Assembly (NCBI GenBank): GCA_031278395.1
Contig: JAITKM010000007.1
Coordinates: 222,818 to 286,817 of the forward strand
Source: Deltaproteobacteria bacterium
Lineage (GTDB): Bacteria; Bdellovibrionota_C; UBA2361; SZUA-149; JAITKM01
DNA: 64,000 bases
Direction: 5' to 3'
In this document: in pieces, positions 39,185-47,069 of the stretch
How positions within the stretch are numbered: position 1 is the first letter of the stretch
Layout of the letters: each line of letters starts with the position of its first letter
Program-made: the position numbers and the translations under genes
The notes under the pieces: model-generated
Seen by the model: only the letters and a program-made list of their open reading frames with translations
The model's database searches: none
What the model was told of the DNA's origin: nothing

Positions 39185-40078
39185 ATGAATTACGGATTAA
39201 AATTAGATTCTCGATTGATTTTTTTGCTAGTGTTTATTGTTGTCGCTATCCCGCTAGTTTATGATTCTTCCATTAAACCTGCTAAAATGGAGACCGCTAA
39301 TGTTACCTATCAAGAGCTTGAAAAGCTTGCCGAAAACCAAAAAAATGGCAAGCCAGCTTTGGTGCTAATTGCCGCTGATTTAGCTCCTTCAACGCAATCC
39401 GAAAATGAGCCGCAAACTTCAGTGCTAATTGAGCATTTGTTGCGCAGAAGAATTCCTTTTGGCTTAATTTCTCTGATTCCGTTTGCAACTCCTTATCTAG
39501 AACAAATGCCCCAGGAGATTGTAACTAAGTTAGCTCAAGAGACAGGAGAAACTTGGGAATACGGTAAAGATTGGGTTAATTTTGGTTATCGACCAGGGTC
39601 GACTATTATGATTCAAAAATTTGCTAAGTCCAAAGACCTACACGAATTTTTTAAAACTGATGCTCAGGCAATTCCGATGAAGAAGTTAGAAATTATGAAA
39701 GGGATTAAAACAATTCAGGACATTCCAGCTTTGATAGAACTAACTGGCACGGTTGGGGTTTTTAATGTTTGGTTACAGTTTTTTAGGTCGGATCAGCATG
39801 TACCAACTTTAATTCATGGTTGCACCGCAATTACAATTCCAGAAGCTTATAATTATTTTATTACCAATCAAATCTCTGGTTTGCTAGAAGGGGTAGCTGG
39901 CGCGGCATGGTATGAGGAATTATTAAGTGAAGTGTATCCAGCCCGCAAGCCTGGTCATGCGTTAAAAATTATGACTGCTTTGTCAATTGGCAATATTTTA
40001 ATTATTGTTTTAATCGGCATTGGGAATTTGCAAGAGTTGTGGAATTACTGGAAGAATAAGAGAACTAGAAATTTTTAG
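39185..40078 (+). CDS. Membrane-anchored protein (hypothetical), operon gene 3
   Basis: N-terminal TM, a large domain, and a C-terminal TM. Starts 10 nt after gene 2. Confidence 0.5.
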   Translation: MNYGLKLDSRLIFLLVFIVVAIPLVYDSSIKPAKMETANVTYQELEKLAENQKNGKPALVLIAADLAPSTQSENEPQTSVLIEHLLRRRIPFGLISLIPFATPYLEQMPQEIVTKLAQETGETWEYGKDWVNFGYRPGSTIMIQKFAKSKDLHEFFKTDAQAIPMKKLEIMKGIKTIQDIPALIELTGTVGVFNVWLQFFRSDQHVPTLIHGCTAITIPEAYNYFITNQISGLLEGVAGAAWYEELLSEVYPARKPGHALKIMTALSIGNILIIVLIGIGNLQELWNYWKNKRTRNF

Positions 40079-40111
40079 AGGTCCCCTGAGATATTAGAAA
40101 TACCCTTAATT

Positions 40112-40834
40112 ATGAATTACACATTATTTACACTATCTTGGTTTGAAACTATTTTAGCTGGGATATCTGTGTTAGCAATTTATTCTTTTCTCTATCGGGA
40201 AAACAAATTTTACCGTTTGTTTGAGCATCTTTTTATTGGTATTTCTACGGCAATTGTAACTATTGAACCAATTAAAACTTTTTTTTGGCAAACAACTTTA
40301 AAACCGCTACTGGGTTTAGATCGTCTTGCATTTCCGGATGGTACATATGTTGCGGATTACGATTTTAATTATTTGTTATTTTTAATTCCTATCTTTTTTG
40401 GTTCGCTTTATTACAGCATATTAGTTCCTAAATATAGTTGGCTGGCGCAAATCACAATTGGTTTTTTATTAGGGATTAGTGGAGGTATGGCTTTTAATGC
40501 AACCATGGTAGAAGTTACTCCACAAATTATTGATTCCTTTCGTCCACTTTATATAAATCTGCCGGAGCAATCGGCGAGAGAAAACTTAATCAATAGTCTT
40601 AATAATATTTTCTTTCTTATAGTTTTATTTTCGACTTCTTGTTATTTCTTTTTTACTTTTAAGCGCAAGCCAAACGGAGTGGTGGAGAAAATTTCAACTT
40701 CCGGACGTTGGCTCATGATGGGTTGTTTTGGGGCGTTTTTTGGCACTACTATAATGGCGCGCCTAGCATTGTTAATTGAGAGATTGCAATTTATGGTTGA
40801 CCATTGGTGGGTTGCTGTCATGGCATTGTTTTAA
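40112..40834 (+). CDS. Polytopic membrane protein (hypothetical), operon gene 4
   Basis: ~6 predicted TM helices. Preceded by the conserved leader motif, which overlaps the upstream stop. Confidence 0.5.
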   Translation: MNYTLFTLSWFETILAGISVLAIYSFLYRENKFYRLFEHLFIGISTAIVTIEPIKTFFWQTTLKPLLGLDRLAFPDGTYVADYDFNYLLFLIPIFFGSLYYSILVPKYSWLAQITIGFLLGISGGMAFNATMVEVTPQIIDSFRPLYINLPEQSARENLINSLNNIFFLIVLFSTSCYFFFTFKRKPNGVVEKISTSGRWLMMGCFGAFFGTTIMARLALLIERLQFMVDHWWVAVMALF

Positions 40835-40933
40835 TTTGTTATGTTTTTTATGTTATTCAAAACCACGATATAATGAAAAAATTTGGAATAAGTTTGTAGT
40901 AGGGACACCGTATCATTTTACAAAATATAAATT

Positions 40934-41971
40934 ATGTTAAAAATTACTGATACATTGCAACTACAAACGCCCCTGATTTTAGCTCCAATGTCTGGGATTA
41001 CTAATGGAGCCTTTAGAAGTTTGATTTTTCGCGAAAATAAAATTGTAAATTCTCCGATTAATGTTTCCAATTCCCAGACTAATAATTTTCTAACTAACGT
41101 AGATCCTACATCTGAGATAGAAAATGCCGTCGGACTAATGGTTACTGAGTTTGTTAGTGTCGAAGCGCTAATCCGCAATAATCAACGCTGCTTGCAAATG
41201 CTAAAATTTTTGCCAACAGAAAAGCCAATTGCCATTCAAATCTTCGGTTACGAAATTAATCATATGGTGCAAGCCGCCAAAATGGTCGAAGAATTTGGAG
41301 CAGACCTTCTTGACATAAATTGTGGCTGCCCGGTCCCTAAAGTTGTTCGTCGAGGTGGTGGAGCGGAACTTATGAGACAGCCCGGACATCTTCGCAAAAT
41401 GCTGTCAGCCATAAAAAAAGAAATAAAAATTCCAATCGGCGTAAAGATTCGTTCTGGCTGGGATGAAGCTCATAAAAATGCAATTGAAATAGCAAAACTT
41501 GTAGAAGCTGAAGGGGCGAGCATGCTTACGATTCATGCTCGGACAAAAGTGCAGGGGTATAGTGGGAAAGTTGACTATAATATAGTAGAAGAAATTTGTA
41601 AAAGTATCTCAATTCCCACGATTGGTAGTGGAGATATTTGTGATATAGAGGACGCTAAATTTTACTTAGGGTTAGGTGTGCGTGGATTAATGATTGGTCG
41701 AGCATCACTAAAAAATCCGTGGGTGTTTAAGGATATTTTCAATGCTTTGTGTGGGGCAGTTGAGCAGGAAAGTAGAAGTTATCAGGAAATAGTTAGGATT
41801 TTAAGAGATTATAATTTTTTATTGCAGAATGACCTTCCAGAAAAAGCAATTCTTGGTCGTCTTAAACAATTAGTTGCCCAAATTACAAAAGGACAGGTAG
41901 GCGGCACAAAATTGCGGGCTGCTTTGTGCCAAGCTAAAACGACTGAACAATTTTTTGAATTGCTATGCTAG
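40934..41971 (+). CDS. dusB: tRNA-dihydrouridine synthase (Dus family, DusB-like)
   Basis: Motifs LAPMSGITNGAFR and DINCGCPVPKV. TIM-barrel FMN-binding blocks. Confidence 0.85.
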   Translation: MLKITDTLQLQTPLILAPMSGITNGAFRSLIFRENKIVNSPINVSNSQTNNFLTNVDPTSEIENAVGLMVTEFVSVEALIRNNQRCLQMLKFLPTEKPIAIQIFGYEINHMVQAAKMVEEFGADLLDINCGCPVPKVVRRGGGAELMRQPGHLRKMLSAIKKEIKIPIGVKIRSGWDEAHKNAIEIAKLVEAEGASMLTIHARTKVQGYSGKVDYNIVEEICKSISIPTIGSGDICDIEDAKFYLGLGVRGLMIGRASLKNPWVFKDIFNALCGAVEQESRSYQEIVRILRDYNFLLQNDLPEKAILGRLKQLVAQITKGQVGGTKLRAALCQAKTTEQFFELLC

Positions 41972-41983
41972 TTTTAGGTTTTT

Positions 41984-42093
41984 CTGGTATGGGGTTACTT
42001 TTGTATATTGAATTTTTATATAATAATTAGTTAATTCAATATATTATATTTTTATAAATCATTAAAAAAGTAAGAAAAGTAACCCCATACCAG
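41984..42093. repeat. MITE/BIME-like palindromic element, full copy A (18-bp terminal inverted repeats CTGGTATGGGGTTACTTT / AAGTAACCCCATACCAG, AT-rich core)
   Basis: Terminal inverted repeats read directly. Same family as 55230-55357 and 60093-60203. Followed by 3x CAGAAAAACC at 42091-42120. Confidence 0.8.
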
Positions 42094-42120
42094 AAAAACC
42101 CCAGAAAAACCAGAAAAAAC

Positions 42121-42258
42121 AATTCCCACTATTGGTAGTGGAGATATTTGTGATATAGGGGGGGACGCTAAATTTTACTTAAGATTAGGTGTGCAAGGGT
42201 TAATAATTGCTCAAGCGTCACTAAAAAATCTGCGAGTGTTTAAGGATATTTTTAATGC
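42121..42258 (+). pseudogene. Diverged duplicate (~85% identity) of dus-gene internal fragment 41611-41745
   Basis: Direct alignment of the two stretches (AATTCCCAC[G/T]ATTGGTAGTGGAGATATTTGTGATATAG... to ...GGATATTTT[C/T]AATGC). The copy ends at the ATG of the downstream ABC ATPase gene. Confidence 0.75.
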
Positions 42259-42995
42259 TAAATGTTATTAACCTACACAAATCGTTTGCTGACCATCTAG
42301 TCATTAACGGCGTGAGTTTCGTTTTAGAAGGTGGAGATCTAGTTGGTTTAGTTGGACCAAGCGGTTGTGGAAAAAGTGTGCTTCTCAAACTTTTGGCAAA
42401 TGTTATCGAGCCGGACCAAGGGCAGATTCTAATGGGAAGTAATATCAACACTCGCCATATGGTTCCGAATGTCTCATATAAGGTAGGCTTCTTGTTTCAA
42501 GAAAGCGCTTTGTTTGATTCTATGACAGTGTTAGAAAATGTGCTTTTTCCTTTAAAAGATGGCGGATTGCGTGAAACAAAACTTAGCGAGAAATCTGCTT
42601 TGGAACGAGCGTATCAAATTTTAACTGAAGTTGGTTTAGCAAAAGCCTACCACAAATTGCCTGGCGAATTAAGTGGTGGTATGCGGCGTCGAGTTGGGAT
42701 TGCTAGAGCTTTGGTGAATAATCCAGATTTAGTTCTGTTAGATGACCCTACTGGTGGGCTTGATCCAGTTGCGGCAAGCGTTATTATGGATCTAATTAAA
42801 AAACTACATCAAACCTATAAGCCGATTGTAGTTTTAGTTAGTCACGATATTCGACGCTTACTGCCCAATGTAAGTCGAGTGTTAGGTTTGTTTAATGGTA
42901 AAATATGTTGTGATTGCTCACCAGAAATGCTTACGACAACCACTCCTGATTATGTTGTTCAGTTTTTAGCTACGAGATATGATTTTAAAAAGTAA
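42255..42995 (+). CDS. ABC transporter ATP-binding protein (MlaF/Ttg2A-like)
   Basis: Walker A GPSGCGKSVL. Signature LSGGMRRRVGIARAL. Walker B LLDDPTGGLD. H-loop SHD. Confidence 0.8.
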   Translation: MLNVINLHKSFADHLVINGVSFVLEGGDLVGLVGPSGCGKSVLLKLLANVIEPDQGQILMGSNINTRHMVPNVSYKVGFLFQESALFDSMTVLENVLFPLKDGGLRETKLSEKSALERAYQILTEVGLAKAYHKLPGELSGGMRRRVGIARALVNNPDLVLLDDPTGGLDPVAASVIMDLIKKLHQTYKPIVVLVSHDIRRLLPNVSRVLGLFNGKICCDCSPEMLTTTTPDYVVQFLATRYDFKK

Positions 42996-43033
42996 AGATA
43001 ATTAGTTCGTGATTGTTGTAATAGGTTAATAGA

Positions 43034-43810
43034 ATGTCAAAATATCAAAATAAAATAAACGAAATTAGAGAAAAATTTTTAGCTGGGATTAGTGTTCCTG
43101 AAAAGAAACCTTTTGTGCCGGATGATTTTCAACTTGAAGCAATTGAATCCTTAAAACAAGGTAAGGATACTTTAGTTGTTGCTCCAACTGGAGCCGGAAA
43201 AACTTATATTGCCTTAGAAGCAATTCAAGAGATTGTAGCGCAAGGCAAGCGGGTGATTTATACAGTTCCGCTTAAGGCTTTATCGAATGCGAAGTATGCT
43301 GAAATGAAAAGGCTTTTTCAAGGAAAGTTCACGGTTGGAATTTTAACCGGCGATAGAAAAATCGACGGCGATAGTGATGTGGTGGTGGCAACTACAGAGA
43401 TTTATCGTAATGAGCTTTACCGCTACTGCGAAAACTATGGTTTGGTAGTGCTGGATGAATTGCACTATTTGTCTGACCCACAGCGTGGGGCAGTTTGGGA
43501 AGAGAGTATTATTCTGGCGCCACGTTCAGCAACCCTCTTAATGTTGTCAGCTTCAATATCTAATTATCAGGAAGTTGCAGAGTGGATAAAAAGTATTCGG
43601 GATAAGGAAGTTAAAATCGTGCATATTACAAAACGTCCAGTAGAGTTAAGACTTGGTTTTTTACATCCGAAGTTGGGATTATTACCTTTGGCAAATGAGA
43701 ATGGCGAACCCTTAGCAGAAGTGCAGAATTTTTATAGTCAGGCTAACGATACATTCCGTGGGAACTTGGGCGGCAGATTTGGTAGAGGAGCAAGACGGGG
43801 ATTTAGATAA
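43034..43810 (+). CDS. Ski2-like/DEAD-DEAH superfamily-2 helicase, N-terminal (RecA1) half, as a separate ORF
   Basis: Motif I APTGAGKT. Motif II DELHY. Motif III SASISN. Ends with a Gly/Arg-rich tail and a TAA stop. Confidence 0.75.
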   Translation: MSKYQNKINEIREKFLAGISVPEKKPFVPDDFQLEAIESLKQGKDTLVVAPTGAGKTYIALEAIQEIVAQGKRVIYTVPLKALSNAKYAEMKRLFQGKFTVGILTGDRKIDGDSDVVVATTEIYRNELYRYCENYGLVVLDELHYLSDPQRGAVWEESIILAPRSATLLMLSASISNYQEVAEWIKSIRDKEVKIVHITKRPVELRLGFLHPKLGLLPLANENGEPLAEVQNFYSQANDTFRGNLGGRFGRGARRGFR

Positions 43811-43855
43811 AGGGAAATTTTAGGAGGTTCCTTAATTAACTAAGGATAAGCATTA

Positions 43856-45310
43856 ATGATTAAAGAATACAATATTACAGATATAGTTTTAGAATTAGAG
43901 CGATGTAATTTATTACCAACTATCGTTTTTAGAACTTCGCGTTCACAGTGCGATTCAGATATTTTAAAGGCGGTAAATAACAAAGCCTTAGCTTTGCCTA
44001 TCTCGCAGCAGCGAGCTATCAAAGATGCGGTCTATGAAATAGCCAAAAATTATGAAATGGAGTTGGAATTAATTACTACCCATCCACATTATAGTAGCTT
44101 AATTAAAACTGGCGTAGGGGCGCATCATGCGGGGCAACTCTTAATGTGGCGGTTGTTGCTTGAGGAGTTAATGTCATTGGGAGTGTTAAAAGTTCTTTGT
44201 GCAACAGGAACTGTCGCGGCTGGTGTTGACTTTCCAGCTCGCACAACTGTGGTAACAGCCCATACGAAGCGTGGGCATGACGGTTATAATAAGTTACTTT
44301 CAACAGAGTTTCAGCAGATGTCGGGTCGAGCGGGGCGTCGTGGTAAAGATATAGTTGGTTTTTGTGTAGCAGCGCCCTCGGCGTTTTGTGATGCTCGTGA
44401 ATTATTGAAGTTGTCTAAAACTCCGCCAGAGCCGTTGATGTCCGCATATTTTCCAAGCCCTAGCACAGTTTTAAATTTGTTACGCTATCGCAATGTTGAT
44501 GATTTACGTTTTACGGTGGAGCGGAGTTTAGCCAGTTTTGCCGATAAGAAGCAGGCTGTAATTTTGGAGAAAGAGGCGGCTGAGGTTGATGAAAAAATTA
44601 AAGTTAAAGAAGATCTAGTTGGGCGCTTGAAAGGACATCAGAAAGACAATGAAACTAAGGCGCTGACTAAGTTAATCAAGAAGTCTAAACGACTACACAC
44701 GCAAGCTGAGGAATTAAAGAATAAGCAAGGGACGTTGTTAGATCGAACGATAGCCGGTCTGCGGCAATTAGGGCATTTGAATAATTTTACCCTTTCAGAT
44801 AAGGGGTATTGGAGCGCTAATCTTTGCACAGGTATGGTTTTGGAATTAGCTGAAATAATAGAGGCGGGATATTTTGATCATATTAGTCCAGAGCGGTTAG
44901 CGACAATTTTGGCAGGTATTTGTGGTGAAGATCATCGTCAGTATTTAAAGGCGAGTAAATCTCCGATTTCAGATGCTGATTTTCAAGGGTTAAATGAAAT
45001 TTTAAAGCGTGTTCAAGACATGAACTTACCGGGAGCGCCGACGGAGATAAATGTTATAGTTCCTAATGCGGCATACACTATGGAAGTTTGGTTGCAAGCT
45101 GAGAACTGGCAGGAATTTCGGGCGATGTTGTTGTTGAATGGCGCAGCAGAGGGGGATGCTGCTAGATTAATTACCCAAACTGCAGAGCATTTAAATCAGC
45201 TCAAACGGCTTGACGAGAAGTTTCCAAAATTAGCCAAGCGAGCCGAGGAAGCCCGTCGCAGAATTTTAAGACCGCCTCTTACAGAAGCAATTAATTTAGA
45301 TAGCGTTTAA
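43856..45310 (+). CDS. Ski2-like helicase, C-terminal (RecA2 + winged-helix/ratchet) half, as a separate ORF
   Basis: Motif IV region IVFRTSRSQCD. Motif V/VI (ATGTVAAGVDFPARTTV; QMSGRAGRRG). Has its own leader motif and ATG. Confidence 0.75.
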   Translation: MIKEYNITDIVLELERCNLLPTIVFRTSRSQCDSDILKAVNNKALALPISQQRAIKDAVYEIAKNYEMELELITTHPHYSSLIKTGVGAHHAGQLLMWRLLLEELMSLGVLKVLCATGTVAAGVDFPARTTVVTAHTKRGHDGYNKLLSTEFQQMSGRAGRRGKDIVGFCVAAPSAFCDARELLKLSKTPPEPLMSAYFPSPSTVLNLLRYRNVDDLRFTVERSLASFADKKQAVILEKEAAEVDEKIKVKEDLVGRLKGHQKDNETKALTKLIKKSKRLHTQAEELKNKQGTLLDRTIAGLRQLGHLNNFTLSDKGYWSANLCTGMVLELAEIIEAGYFDHISPERLATILAGICGEDHRQYLKASKSPISDADFQGLNEILKRVQDMNLPGAPTEINVIVPNAAYTMEVWLQAENWQEFRAMLLLNGAAEGDAARLITQTAEHLNQLKRLDEKFPKLAKRAEEARRRILRPPLTEAINLDSV

Positions 45311-45394
45311 TTTTGATATAGACAGAGACTAATTCTTCAACTCGTAAAAAACTAATAGATAGTAGATAGTTAGAGTAGTTTAGAGTAGTTTTTT

Positions 45395-45413
45395 CTGGTA
45401 TGGGGTTACTTTT
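45395..45413. repeat. Solo left arm of the palindromic element family (CTGGTATGGGGTTACTTTT)
   Basis: Exact arm match with no partner arm within 150 bp. Preceded by short tandem AGTAGATAGT/TAGAGTAGTT repeats. Confidence 0.6.
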
Positions 45414-45599
45414 ATATTTTACTTTTATACTTTTGTATCTAGTTTCATCTAGAACAGCGGATCAGTTAAGATTTATGCTGAATTTTAATATGTATTTATA
45501 TTTTAGGACAAGGTCGTTTAAAGAAATTATGAGATATTGTCGATTGTTAGAGTAGTAGAGTGTTAAAAAATTAAGGTCTTTGAAATAGGGAGGAGGTTT

Positions 45600-46574
45600 T
45601 TGGCTATTCAAAAAATTTTATCAGCAGATATTGGTGGAACGAATGGGCGCTTTGCTTATTTTAGCTACGAGGTCGAGGCAAAAAAACTTGAATTAGTAAA
45701 AACCCATTGGATCTCATTAGGACAACTAGAAGAAAAATATTCCAAACCAACTTTAATCGCTATTCTTTCACAGCTGGATTTTGGTTTTGAACTAAACGAG
45801 TTTGACGTTTTAGTGATAGCAGTCGCCTGTCCAATAACTGAACGAAAATTAAAACTGACTAATAATTTACTGACTCTAGACTTAGACGAATTAGAAGCCA
45901 ATTTTAAATGTGTTAGATTACTTAATGACTTTGTTGCGCAAGCCTGCTCTTGTCTTTCTGACCTCAAAGAAACTAGCCGAATAATTCAGCTGGGCAAAAC
46001 AAATCCCAATTCACCCATTGCAGTGGTTGGGGCTGGCACTGGATTTGGTAAAGCCTATATTGTGCCAAACCAAAACGCACCTCTTATTTGCTCCGCCGAA
46101 GGCGGTCAGGCAGCTTTTGCAATGCAAAGTAGGGAAGAAATGGAATTTGCAGAATTTGTTAAAGACCGCCTTGGGGTAACATATCCAAATTACGATAATA
46201 TTGTGTCTGGGTTAGGTTTAACGCTGTTACATGAATTTCTAACTGGTGAGAAACTCAAGCCTCAAGAAATTGCAGCACAATTTACTAACAATCCAAAGCT
46301 TAAAACATTAGAATGGTTTTCAGGTTTTTATGGACGAGCTGGACGAAATTATGTGCTGGAAACACTGGCGTTGGGTGGTTTATTTATTTCTGGTGGAATT
46401 GCTATTAAAAATCCGATTATTATTAGTCATGAAGCTTTTAGGGCTAATTTCATTGATTCAAAAAAGTGTTCAAAGCTTTTACAAGAAGTGCCGATAAGGT
46501 TGTTGACTAATGAAGCGAGCGGTTTATGGGGGGCAGCAGAATTTTGGAGATTGAAGCAGTTAAATTCTTTTTAA
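45600..46574 (+). CDS. glk: Glucokinase (Glk family)
   Basis: N-terminal ATP-binding motif DIGGTNGRFAYF. TTG start with GGAGGAGG 6 nt upstream. Confidence 0.8.
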   Translation: MAIQKILSADIGGTNGRFAYFSYEVEAKKLELVKTHWISLGQLEEKYSKPTLIAILSQLDFGFELNEFDVLVIAVACPITERKLKLTNNLLTLDLDELEANFKCVRLLNDFVAQACSCLSDLKETSRIIQLGKTNPNSPIAVVGAGTGFGKAYIVPNQNAPLICSAEGGQAAFAMQSREEMEFAEFVKDRLGVTYPNYDNIVSGLGLTLLHEFLTGEKLKPQEIAAQFTNNPKLKTLEWFSGFYGRAGRNYVLETLALGGLFISGGIAIKNPIIISHEAFRANFIDSKKCSKLLQEVPIRLLTNEASGLWGAAEFWRLKQLNSF

Positions 46575-46583
46575 TTAAAAATT

Positions 46584-47069
46584 ATGGATTTAGAACTATT
46601 AAATATTTTTACACAATCAGCGGTGAGTGTGATTGAAACAATGGCATTTACAAAAGTTGCTGTTGGCAAACCAGTCTTGAAAGTAGAGAAGGTTACTAAC
46701 GGGGATGTTACTGGTATTATTGGGCTTGCTAATTCAGAGTTTAAAGGGACTTTAGTGATTAGCTTTGAGGCTGAAGCAATAATTGCAGTGGTCAATAACA
46801 TGTTGGGTAGCAATTACACAGAAATGAGTAGCGATGTTATTGATGCAGTTGGCGAAATTACAAATATGATTTGTGGCGCTTCTAAACGTTCTCTTGCCGA
46901 TAGTAAACAGATAATCTTAGATATGGCTTCGCCAACTACTATAATTGGTAGAGATTTAATGATTAATTTTCCGGGTAGCTTACCAGTGGTAGAAATTCCT
47001 TTTGCAACAGAAAAAGGTAAATTTATAATTGATATTACGCTAGGCAAGGAACATCAGTCATTAATTTGA
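46584..47069 (+). CDS. cheX: CheX/CheC-family chemotaxis phosphatase-like protein
   Basis: ~160 aa with a CheX-like conserved block (VGEITNMICGASKRSL). Confidence 0.55.
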   Translation: MDLELLNIFTQSAVSVIETMAFTKVAVGKPVLKVEKVTNGDVTGIIGLANSEFKGTLVISFEAEAIIAVVNNMLGSNYTEMSSDVIDAVGEITNMICGASKRSLADSKQIILDMASPTTIIGRDLMINFPGSLPVVEIPFATEKGKFIIDITLGKEHQSLI

